From positions 14,231 through 78,230 of the forward strand of contig JAWOHN010000044.1 of NCBI GenBank assembly GCA_046485135.1: DNA of 64,000 nt, in the 5' to 3' direction. Shown piece after piece: positions 11,026-20,700 of the stretch. The stretch's first letter is position 1, and every line of letters starts with the position of its first letter. Source of the stretch: Anaerolineales bacterium. GTDB taxonomy: Bacteria; Chloroflexota; Anaerolineae; Anaerolineales; UBA4823. The notes under the pieces were generated by a model that did not search any database, was not told the DNA's origin, and worked only from the letters and a program-made list of their open reading frames with translations. Made by a program: the position numbers and the translations under genes.

Positions 11026-12336
11026 ATGAATCTTAAGAAAATCTATGAATCGCGAGTTGTGTCTGCCGAAGAGGCAGTGCGGCAAATAAAATCTCACCAG
11101 CGCGTATTCCTGACCGGCAACTGCTCGGTACCCCAGACGGTGTTATCCGCCCTGGTCGATTATGCCCCTGAGCTGGAAAACGTGGAAATCTGCCAGGCCT
11201 TGACCGTTGGCCCGGCCGATTATGTGAAGCCTGGGATGGAAAAGCATCTGCGGGTTAACACAATGTTTATCAGCGCCAACATCCGCAAAGCCGTCCAGGA
11301 AGGCCGGGCTGATTTTACGCCGGTCTTGCTTTCGGAGTTCACGCTGCTGTTCAAAAACAAGATTTTACCTTTGGATGTAGCCCTCATCCACGTCTCCCCT
11401 CCCGATGAACACGGCTTCTGTAGCCTGGGTGTAGAGGTTGGTTTGACGAAATCTCCCGCGGAATCGGCTAAAATCATTATTGCTGAAGTCAACCAGCAGA
11501 TGCCGCGCACTTTGGGCGATTCCTTTATCCACGTTAGCCGGCTAAATTATATTGTCCCGGTAGACTATCCTCTCCCGGAAATGGCTATGGGGGGTGACGG
11601 AGTTTCAGAAATCACAGAGAAAATGGCTAAAGCGATTGCGGAACTCATCCCAGATGGGGCTACCATGCAAATGGGCATTGGAGCGATCCCCGACGCAGTA
11701 TTGAAATACCTGTTCGAAAAAAAGGATCTGGGTATCCATACCGAACTGTTTTCGGATGGGGTGATCGATTTGTTTGAAGCAGGTGTACTCACCAATGCGC
11801 GCAAGACGCTCCATCCTGGGAAAATGGTAGCCGGGTTTATCATTGGTACGCGCCGGCTGTATGAATGGGTTGACGATAACCCGCTCATCGAATTGCATCC
11901 GACTGAATATGTAAACGATCCCTTCGTCATCGCGCAGAATGAACGCCAGGTCGCTTTAAATTCTGCGATTGAGGTCGACCTGACTGGGCAGGTATGTGCA
12001 GATAGTATCGGTCCTAAACTGTATAGTGGGGTTGGGGGCCAGCTTGATTTCATCTACGGCGCCTCACGCTCAAAGGGAGGCGTACCTATCATCGCTCTCC
12101 CAAGCACTACCACCTTACGCGATGGGACGCGCATCAGCCGGATTGTGCCCATGCTGAACCAGGGCGCCGGAGTGGTGACAACCCGCAACCATGTGCGCTA
12201 TGTTGTGACTGAATATGGCGTGGCTGATCTTTACGGACTCTCGATTCGCCAGCGAGCAAAGGCACTGATCAATATTGCCCATCCAGATTTCCGGGAAGAT
12301 TTATCTCGGCTGGCAAAGGATCTTCATTACATTTAG
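11026..12336 (+). CDS. Acetyl-CoA hydrolase/transferase family protein (4-hydroxybutyrate CoA-transferase-like)
   Basis: Family-typical N-terminus (AEEAVRQIKSHQRVFLTGNCSVPQ), ADFTPVLLSEF, and C-terminal GVGGQLDF...VVTEYG. ATG at 11026 is preferred over the TTG at 11011. Confidence 0.8.
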   Translation: MNLKKIYESRVVSAEEAVRQIKSHQRVFLTGNCSVPQTVLSALVDYAPELENVEICQALTVGPADYVKPGMEKHLRVNTMFISANIRKAVQEGRADFTPVLLSEFTLLFKNKILPLDVALIHVSPPDEHGFCSLGVEVGLTKSPAESAKIIIAEVNQQMPRTLGDSFIHVSRLNYIVPVDYPLPEMAMGGDGVSEITEKMAKAIAELIPDGATMQMGIGAIPDAVLKYLFEKKDLGIHTELFSDGVIDLFEAGVLTNARKTLHPGKMVAGFIIGTRRLYEWVDDNPLIELHPTEYVNDPFVIAQNERQVALNSAIEVDLTGQVCADSIGPKLYSGVGGQLDFIYGASRSKGGVPIIALPSTTTLRDGTRISRIVPMLNQGAGVVTTRNHVRYVVTEYGVADLYGLSIRQRAKALINIAHPDFREDLSRLAKDLHYI

Positions 12337-12378
12337 TTGTAGTGGGTTAATGCCTTCGCGGTATTAAAGGAGGTCATT

Positions 12379-13845
12379 ATGGACCGACGAACTAAAATAG
12401 TGGTGACTCTCGGCCCAGCGACAAGTGATCGAAACATGATCGAATGCCTCATCCGGGCAAAGGTCAATGTGATTCGGTTGAACTTTTCGCACGGCTCTCA
12501 CCAGGAACATTCGAAGCGGATCCAATTGCTGCGGGAGATCGCAGATAAGAACAGCCACCCGATCACTTTAATGCAAGATTTGCAAGGACCCAAAATCCGC
12601 ACCGGCGAAATTGCTAATGGCGCCGTACAAATCTCGCAGGGCCAATCCTTAACCTTGACCGTTGAACCGGTAGTCGGAAACCAGGATATCGTTTCAGTTG
12701 ATTTTGCCGATCTTCCAAATAGCGTCCGCCCGGGTGGACGGATTATGCTGGATGACGGCACCCTGGAGCTGGTGGTGGTAGGTGTAGATGATAAGCATGT
12801 TGAGACAAAAGTAGTTCTGGGAGGGGTGTTAAAGCCTCATAAAGGCGTTAATCTCCCCGGTGCTAATCTTAACATCCCTTCCTTTACCGAAAAGGACGCG
12901 GCAGATCTGGAATTTGGATTGGCAAACGACATTGATGCAGTGGCAATGTCGTTTGTGAGAACCCCCAACGATCTCACCCCCCTCCGCCAGGCCATCCGCA
13001 GGCTAGCGCCAGAGTGCAAATATATCCCGGTCATTGCCAAGCTGGAACGTCCCGAGGCGCTCGATAACCTGCATGAAATCATCCGAGCCTCTGATGGGGT
13101 CATGGTAGCCCGGGGAGACCTGGGGGTGGAAATGGCGCCTGAAGCTGTGCCGATCGCCCAGAAGCGGATCATTGAATCGGCTAACGAACACGCCAAAGTG
13201 GTCATCACAGCCACTCAAATGCTTGATTCGATGATCAACAACCCGCGCCCCACCCGTGCTGAGGCTTCTGATGTAGCAAACGCGATTTTTGATGGCAGCG
13301 ATGCGGTCATGCTATCCGGCGAAACAGCAGTGGGCAAGTACCCCATCCAGGCTGTAGAGATGATGCATGCGATCATTTGTAAAGCCGAAGCCCAATTGAG
13401 CAAGTGGGGTCATTGGGGAGGCAGCCTGGGCGAGGCAGCCTCCACAGAAGGCTTCCTGCGGGAAGGCCGGCACGATGATGCACTATCGATCACCCGCGCT
13501 GCGCGTGAGCTGGCTGACGACCGTAACGTGGCGGCTATTGCCGTGTTTACCGAGACCGGCCGGACGGCTCAATTAATGGCCAAAGCCAGGCCAAGAGCGC
13601 CAATTCTGGCTTTTACCCCAGTAGAGAGGACCTTCCGGCAATTGCCGATGTTGTGGGGCGTGATCCCTATCCTGGTACCCTATGCCGACACCCTGGAAGC
13701 CATGCTCAGAGATGTGGAAAAGGCGATCGTCACAGCCACTCCGATCCGACCCGGACAGCAGGTAGTGCTGCTCTCCGGTTTCCCAGTTGGGGCTATGAGA
13801 CCTCCAAATATGGCCTTGTTGCACACAATCGGTGAACTGACATAG
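12379..13845 (+). CDS. pyk: Pyruvate kinase
   Basis: RRTKIVVTLGPA, NFSHG, MVARGDLGVE and MLSGETA motifs; SD AAGGAGG upstream. Confidence 0.93.
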   Translation: MDRRTKIVVTLGPATSDRNMIECLIRAKVNVIRLNFSHGSHQEHSKRIQLLREIADKNSHPITLMQDLQGPKIRTGEIANGAVQISQGQSLTLTVEPVVGNQDIVSVDFADLPNSVRPGGRIMLDDGTLELVVVGVDDKHVETKVVLGGVLKPHKGVNLPGANLNIPSFTEKDAADLEFGLANDIDAVAMSFVRTPNDLTPLRQAIRRLAPECKYIPVIAKLERPEALDNLHEIIRASDGVMVARGDLGVEMAPEAVPIAQKRIIESANEHAKVVITATQMLDSMINNPRPTRAEASDVANAIFDGSDAVMLSGETAVGKYPIQAVEMMHAIICKAEAQLSKWGHWGGSLGEAASTEGFLREGRHDDALSITRAARELADDRNVAAIAVFTETGRTAQLMAKARPRAPILAFTPVERTFRQLPMLWGVIPILVPYADTLEAMLRDVEKAIVTATPIRPGQQVVLLSGFPVGAMRPPNMALLHTIGELT

Positions 13846-13894
13846 CAGCGACACTGGGAAGCAAAAAGAATACCGGTTTTCGGTCTCATCTCTG

Positions 13895-15238
13895 CTACGG
13901 GCAGATATCCGCAGGGGTTATGTCTGGGTTTCCGTAACCAAAGGTCTGCGACCCAAGGGGCTCGAGAATATCAGGGTGTGATGTTGCATACTCGATTGCC
14001 GCGGCGCAGCCTGACTCGGCCCCTGCCTCGAGATAACCATCCCGGTAGACGGCAGCCATCTCGTAATAGCCGTGCTGAGGACTGTCCAGCGGATAGATTT
14101 TTTCCATTTCCCCCAAAATAATCTCGGCAAAGGCGTCTCGCTCCTGCATTGTATAGATGACCACCAGGTGGTAGCGCGAAAACGCACCGATCCATGCTTG
14201 TTCCAACGCTGGGTCCAACCAGTCATCCAGGGTGGTATCGCTGATAGCGCGATTGTAGAGTGACAATGCCTTCTGGAAGTCGCTATCTTTAGCAGCCGCC
14301 CTAGCATCGTGCAAGACATGAACGCGATAATTAGAAGGCTCAGGCTGGGAAGAAACCATCTGCCAATTTTGGCTACCCTCGGCATACGACCATATTTTGG
14401 TCATGTTTCGCTGAGGACCAGCTCCCACAGAGCCAAACCCACTCCCAGTTATATGAAGATCAAAAATTCCCTCATTTGCAGAAGGAGCCAGGTAGATGGT
14501 TGGATACGGCAAGTCATTGGTCTCGCCCTCCAACCGGTTAGTAAATTGAGCTCCTTCCCACCCAATCACCTGAACCCGTTCAAAGCAAGTATGCGCTCCA
14601 CAGGAGGCTGAGCTGATCACCAGCTCAGATAATCCATCAGCATTCAAATCTTGTAAAAACCGGATTCCAGGTGCTCCATCCAGTGGACGGCTGTCCTGCA
14701 AATATGCCTGCCGGTATTCTCCCTGACTGCATGTGTAGATTATCAGCATCCCAGCTGGAGGCATACTCACCGATCCTGGATCGTAGATGGAAACAACCAG
14801 CTCATCAGCCCCATCGCCGGTCATATCGGCTGCACCAACCGGGACAGGCAGGTTGGCAATCTCTGCAGCGTAGAGGGCTCCATCTAAGTCTTCTACCCAA
14901 CCCCCTTCATTCAAGAATTGCTGAATCGCCTGAGGGTAAGTATCGAACGGACCATCTGGCAGTGGGCCTGGAGTTCCTTTGGGCCGACAAGTTGCCGTAT
15001 CATCAAAGATTGTTTCTGATTGCGTTGGAGATAGAAGCGTATGGGTGGGAGTTGCCAGCGGAGGAGAGCTGGGTGAAACAGAGTGAGTCGGCAGATCGAT
15101 TGGGGAGGCAGTTCCCATCTGTGGATCAGCGGCAGGGGAACAACCTGCCAACAAATAGGCTGACACCAGGAGAGTTATGTAAAAGTGAAAGGTTGGTTTA
15201 AGGAGAAAAAGAATTGACCTCGACAAAGAAATCTCCAT
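13895..15238 (-). CDS. Secreted lipoprotein with FG-GAP/VCBS-like Ca-binding repeats and a helical C-terminal domain
   Basis: Signal peptide with lipobox LLAGC; DMTGDGADELVVS and DLNADGLSELVIS loops; no enzymatic motif recognised. Confidence 0.55.
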   Translation of the reverse strand: MEISLSRSILFLLKPTFHFYITLLVSAYLLAGCSPAADPQMGTASPIDLPTHSVSPSSPPLATPTHTLLSPTQSETIFDDTATCRPKGTPGPLPDGPFDTYPQAIQQFLNEGGWVEDLDGALYAAEIANLPVPVGAADMTGDGADELVVSIYDPGSVSMPPAGMLIIYTCSQGEYRQAYLQDSRPLDGAPGIRFLQDLNADGLSELVISSASCGAHTCFERVQVIGWEGAQFTNRLEGETNDLPYPTIYLAPSANEGIFDLHITGSGFGSVGAGPQRNMTKIWSYAEGSQNWQMVSSQPEPSNYRVHVLHDARAAAKDSDFQKALSLYNRAISDTTLDDWLDPALEQAWIGAFSRYHLVVIYTMQERDAFAEIILGEMEKIYPLDSPQHGYYEMAAVYRDGYLEAGAESGCAAAIEYATSHPDILEPLGSQTFGYGNPDITPADICP

Positions 15239-15326
15239 GATTGATTTTTTATATTAAAGGATTATACTACTTATACGTGAGTACTCCATTGATCCGTGAT
15301 AACCGGGTAAATTGGGTGAAAATTCC

Positions 15327-17660
15327 ATGGTCCGCCCCATCCCCTTTATTCCAGGAACCCCCCCTGCCAACCCTGGCCCATTGGCTCGCTATCTTCCACC
15401 GCTTGCGAATGGCATAGTCACCACCTGGCTGAGAGAAAACCTACCCAGCGGGGCCTGGGTGCTGGACCCATTCGGCGCGGCTCCTCACCTGGCTTTGGAG
15501 GCTGCCAGGGCTGGTTACCGGGTTATCGTATCGGCCAACAACCCGGTGTCACGAAAATTAGTGGAGATGGGGGCGAGCGCACCTGCCCTGAGCGAATATC
15601 AGGGAGCCCTGGCTGACCTGGCCTCAGCCTACAAAGGGCAAGAAAGGATCGAACCGCTCATCCGCGCATTATACACAACAGATTGCTCGAGCTGCGGACA
15701 GCCGGTAATGGCTGATTATTTCCTATGGGAACGCTCAGCGGCTTACCCATATGCCCGCTACTACACCTGTCAGCGTTGCGGAGATAACGGAGAACGCCCT
15801 ACCACTCAAAAGGATAAAGAACAGGCTACCAACTTTGCGCAAAATGACCTGAACCGGGCACGCGCATTGGAAAGAGTTGCACCGGCAAATGATCCAGACC
15901 GAACGCATGCCGAGGAAGCCCTGTCTGTTTATCTTCCTCGGGCAGTTTATGCCTTGTTTACATTGATCAACAAGTTGGATTCGTTGGACATCAGCCCGGC
16001 CCGGCGGAATTATTTGAGCGCGCTGTTACTGTCTGCCTGTGACCAGGCCAATACCTTATGGTCTCATCCCACTTCCAGGGAAAGGCCTCGCCAACTGACT
16101 ATACCGCATCACTTCCGAGAGAATAACGTCTGGCTGGCTTTAGAGCAATCCACCCGGCAATGGGTGTCTGACCAGCCAAAAATACCCTTAAGTTATTGGC
16201 CAGCACTTCCTGCAGAACCAGGTGGGATAACCCTTTTTGAAGGCAGGTTGAAGGATTTAGCCGCTGACTTATCCAACCTAAAAATAGGAGCTGTGATTGC
16301 TGCTCTGCCCCGCCCAAACCAGGCTTTCTGGACCTTGTCTGCCTTATGGGCAGCATGGTTGTGGGGTAGAGCAGCGGTTGGACCTTTCAAATCTGTCCTG
16401 CGCAGACGGCGTTACGATTGGGGCTGGCATACGGCTGCACTGTCGTCCGCTTTCGGCAGCCTGGCTCCCTTATTGGAGGCCGGCACCCCAATCTTGGGGC
16501 TGATCGGAGAAGCAGAACCGGGCTTCTTGTCTGCTTCCTTTTTAGCTGGCGCCAGCTCTGGTTTTGACCTGGATGGATTTACCTTACGCTCTGGGAGCGG
16601 ACAAGCCCAAATTCACTGGCGGCGTAGGGTGGGAGAGGTCCTCCAGACAGACCCAAAAAGCAATGCGTCGACTATAGCCCGTCAGGCCGCCCTGGAGGCT
16701 CTTAAGGATCGCGGACAACCAGCGGAATATTTGACATTACATGCTGCAGCGCTGACCAAGCTGGCAGAGCGAAATGCGTTTCCAAGAAAATCTGGCGCAG
16801 GAGCGGAAAGTCACTCCGCCCCGGAAGGTGAACCCTCCCCAGCCGAACTATATAGCCAACTCCAAAACATCTTGAAAGAAGTATTTAACTTCAGGGGTGG
16901 TTTCCGGCGATTTGACGGCAGCGAAGTTTCTTTGGAGGTAGGTAGTTGGTGGCTTAGAGACGAGGCAGATCTGCCGGTTTCCCTGGCCGATCGGATTGAG
17001 ATTGCTATCGCAAAATATCTACAAAGCAATATTGTATGTAAAATAGCTGAGCTGGATTCATATCTATGCGCATTGTTCCCGGGTTTGAATACCCCTAATC
17101 CGGAACTCATTCTGCATTGTTTATATTCCTATGGAGAAGAGGAGCCTGTGGGAGGTGGTCAATGGAGAATCCGGCCTCAAGATCAATTGGAAGCGCGCCG
17201 TGCTGAAATCGAAAAAACCGAAAAGATGCTCTTCAGCCTGGCAGAGCGGCTTGGTTTTTCGGTCCAGAAAAGCTCCGAAACTGGCGATCCGGAACCGCAC
17301 AGCGAAGCCAGGATAACCAATATATGGCGAGACCCTCAAAATTTCTCGCGCTATGCATTTTCTATCATCTCCTCTGCGGTTATTGGTGAAATTGTTAGAC
17401 AAAAAGGTTCATTGACGCCAAAACCCCAGCAAAGATTCCGTCATGTTATTGTTCTGCCCGGCGGACGCGCCAATTTGGTAGCCTTCAAGTTGAGCAAAAA
17501 TGCTTGCTTGAATAAAGAGATCGAACAAGGCTGGATTTTTCTCAAGTACCGTCACCTGCGCCGGTTGATCGAAAACCCATTGCTGACCGCTGAGAATTTA
17601 ATCGAACAGCTTGACCTCGATCCGCTCACCTACACAGCCACCCAGATGCGGCTTCTGTAA
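15327..17660 (+). CDS. Large hypothetical protein with a degenerate N4/N6 DNA-methyltransferase-like N-terminus and a Zn-ribbon insert
   Basis: VLDPFGAAPHLALEAARAGYRVIVSANNP resembles MTase motif I (DPFxGSGTT...GRxxIGxExN) but lacks the GSG. CSSCGQ...CQRCG ribbon. No clear (D/N)PP(Y/F). The track start 15312 is TTG. Confidence 0.4.
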   Translation: MVRPIPFIPGTPPANPGPLARYLPPLANGIVTTWLRENLPSGAWVLDPFGAAPHLALEAARAGYRVIVSANNPVSRKLVEMGASAPALSEYQGALADLASAYKGQERIEPLIRALYTTDCSSCGQPVMADYFLWERSAAYPYARYYTCQRCGDNGERPTTQKDKEQATNFAQNDLNRARALERVAPANDPDRTHAEEALSVYLPRAVYALFTLINKLDSLDISPARRNYLSALLLSACDQANTLWSHPTSRERPRQLTIPHHFRENNVWLALEQSTRQWVSDQPKIPLSYWPALPAEPGGITLFEGRLKDLAADLSNLKIGAVIAALPRPNQAFWTLSALWAAWLWGRAAVGPFKSVLRRRRYDWGWHTAALSSAFGSLAPLLEAGTPILGLIGEAEPGFLSASFLAGASSGFDLDGFTLRSGSGQAQIHWRRRVGEVLQTDPKSNASTIARQAALEALKDRGQPAEYLTLHAAALTKLAERNAFPRKSGAGAESHSAPEGEPSPAELYSQLQNILKEVFNFRGGFRRFDGSEVSLEVGSWWLRDEADLPVSLADRIEIAIAKYLQSNIVCKIAELDSYLCALFPGLNTPNPELILHCLYSYGEEEPVGGGQWRIRPQDQLEARRAEIEKTEKMLFSLAERLGFSVQKSSETGDPEPHSEARITNIWRDPQNFSRYAFSIISSAVIGEIVRQKGSLTPKPQQRFRHVIVLPGGRANLVAFKLSKNACLNKEIEQGWIFLKYRHLRRLIENPLLTAENLIEQLDLDPLTYTATQMRLL

Positions 17661-17782
17661 TTGAAGCCGAGAATGTCCCAATAATCAGGAGCAGTCTGCT
17701 TTCAGGGATGAGTGACAGGGCAAAAAGCTCACACGCATTTCAGACACTGCAAGCAGTTGGTTATGTCATGGGTCAACCGAGG

Positions 17783-20700
17783 TCAAGGTGAATCGGTGGC
17801 AGTAAGAGTTTCGGTTGGTGAAGGGGTAACCGAAGGAGGCGCCGAGGTGGCGGTGGGGGTAGACGTCACTGTTGGCGTGAGCGTCTGCGTTGGTGTTAAT
17901 GTCGGAGTGAATGTGGCCGTTGGAGTTGGCGTCTCGGTGGGTGTGAGCGTCGGTGTTGGCGTTGGGGTTGGAACCTGCAAATTAATGCGCCGGAAGATCT
18001 CGGCATAAGTATTTTGCGTACTGTACATGATCAGGTGCAGAGTTACCTCTCCTGCTGGCAGATCATGTACGTCCCAGGAGTAAATGGTCTCACTGGTACG
18101 GGCCGGGTTATTACTTTGCGCCAGCCCCACCCACTGCACCGGATCTCTCCCTAGGCCGTAGTTCAAACGATAGTAATCAAAATTTGCGGTTGCGTCCACG
18201 CGCGCCATGATATCGATGGGATTAGATGTAATAACCTGATCCTCAGGCGGATAGTGTATTTCAAGATGGGGGCGCGGATCCTCAGCAGTACACTCACGCG
18301 AGGGCACGAAAAGAATGGCTTCCTCAAAACCAGCTCTCTCAGCCCAGGCACGACCCTCAGATGTCTCTCGGATCCACTTGATGGCCCACGGGTCAGATAC
18401 ATTGAGAGCAAACTCTTCCCGAGTCAATTCACCGCAAGCCGCTGAAGCGCGCAAACCTGTCCAGGTATCAAAAACGACCCGCTTCCACAAATCTTCACTG
18501 CTGGGCAGGGGTGGTTGGCCAGCTGCAAAGATCTCAGATCGTTGGCTTGGGCACCATTCAGAAGGTTCTGTTCCAGAAACAGAACAGATTACCCGGTCGA
18601 TAATGCCCGCGGGTCTAAAGAAAGGCGTTGGGTTTCCCCCAGTAATGGATTGGACAGCGTTTTGCATGAACTCAGCCCAAATTGGAGCCGCGCCGGTCAG
18701 GCCGGTTGTATTCACCATGGGGGTATAGTCGGGATTCCCTACCCATACACCCACCGCCAGATCGGGCGTATAACCCAAAGTCCAGTTGTCGCGAAAATCG
18801 TTGGTAGTACCGGTCTTGGCAGCGGCCTGAAAAGGTAGGTTTAGGACAGAATTGGCCCCGAACATAGGCGTGCGCGCCTCGCTATCGGAGAGGATGGACG
18901 AAATCAGGTAAGCATGCTCAGGGCGCACCACCTGGTCCCCGACCGGAGGCTGGTAATCGTAGATAATATTCCCGTTGTAGTCCAAAATCCGTGAAATTGC
19001 ATAAGACGGAAGGCGGGTCCCTCCGTTTGCATACACTGCATAAGCGCCAGTGAACTCAAGTAAAGACAATTCGCCGCCGCCCAGGGTCAAGGATAAGCCA
19101 TAAACATCCCTGGTGAGGGTGCTGATGCCCAGACGGCGGGCAAAAGCAACCAACCCATCTTCGCCGGGAAGGTCAGGATTATCATAAATACCCACAAATT
19201 GGAGGGTTTTTACGGCAGGGATATTGTACGAATTTGCCAATGCTGAACGAACTGTCACCGGGCCATGAAACCGCCCGTCATAGTTGACCGGCACGTAAGG
19301 CGCACTTGGGTCGTTGACATTTCCCGAGGGGGGGAATTCGGTTGGCACGTCCCAAATCAGGGTAGCGGGCGTCCAGCCTTTTTCAAACGCAGCGGTATAG
19401 GTCAAGGGCTTGATGGCAGAGCCAGGCTGGCGTGGACTGATGGCCATATTGACCTGACCATCTTTCTCACTATAAAAGTCCGCCGACCCGACCATCGCCA
19501 GGACCTCCCCGGTTTTAGGTCTGACCGCCACCAGAGCACCGCTGCTGGCGTTGTTTTCAGCCAGAGCATTCACCTGGCGCTGGACGATTTGCTCCGCTAA
19601 ATCCTGCAAGCCAGGATCTAAGGTTGTGTAAACCGTAAAACCAGAGCGGTAGATCGTCTGTGAGTCATATTGAGCTTCCAGAAGTGAGCGGACATAGTTT
19701 ACCCAGTGAGGGTATCTAATCTCAATATCGGGGCTTTTGAACTCATACCCAACGATCTCGTTAAAGGCTGCCAGAGCTTCCTCAGGGCCCACACAGATGC
19801 GTTGTGGGTTGTTACTGACGTAAATACAACCCTGAGCCTGGCTGGCTTCCATAGTCAAGCGCAACACTTGCTGCTGGCGATTTAAGGTTACATCTCTGTT
19901 ATTGTAGACGTCATACACCGCAGGCGCTTGAGGCAACCCAGCCAGGAAGGCTGCTTGCCCCAAAGTCAGCTTATCCGCAGTCGTACCAAAATAAGTTTCC
20001 GCGGCAGCCTGGACGCCGTAAGCCATGTTGCCATAGTAATTTTCGTTGAGATAAAGTTCCAGGATCTGATCTTTTGAATAACGGCGGGTCACTTCCGCCG
20101 CCAGGATAGCTTCCCGTGCCTTGCGGGTATAGGTGCGCTCAGTGCGTTCTTCGGGCGTGAAGAGCAAATTTCGGGAAAGCTGCTGGGTAATGGTAGATGC
20201 ACCAGAAACGATATCGCCCCCCATAAAATTTTGGACTAATCCACGTGCAATCGCCATCGGGTCAAAACCAGGATGGCTATAGAATTCCTTGTCCTCAGTT
20301 GCAATCGTAGCTGCAACCAGGTAGGGAGAGATCTTATCTAACGTGACATATGTACGTCTACCGGCGTTCGGATCCAGGATCTCGTAAAGCACATTTCCAT
20401 TGCGATCCAAAATGCGCGTGGTCTCAAATTGGGCTGCTCGTTGGCGGAGATCATCCACACTGGGCAAGGTGGCTGCAATAGTATAGTACTGGTAAAGCAG
20501 AAAAGAACCACCCAAAAGGGACACAACCACCAGTACGAAAAGACCCATAAGGGTCATGCGCAGAAGACAGCCCAAACCCTGCCGCCAATTGACAGTGCGC
20601 TTAGGCGCAACTGCCGGTGAGGCAGGACGGGACGATCGGGCTACCGGTGGGGGTTTGGTGGGAGGTACAACCGGTTGGCGAGCGCGCGGCGCGGTGGAAT

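Noticed and set aside
17786-17971. Short periodic repeats (also at 30225-30375) considered as possible CRISPR or tandem-repeat loci
   Set aside because: The periodicity is 6 nt (Pro-Thr codons), it lies inside long ORFs, and there is no repeat-spacer organisation. These are protein linkers.
17712-18008. 98-aa plus-strand ORF rich in Gly/Val (…VGVGVSVGVSVGVGVGVG…)
   Set aside because: It is the antisense reading of the PT-rich tail of the PBP gene. It has no SD and its composition is purely a mirror of the Pro/Thr codons.
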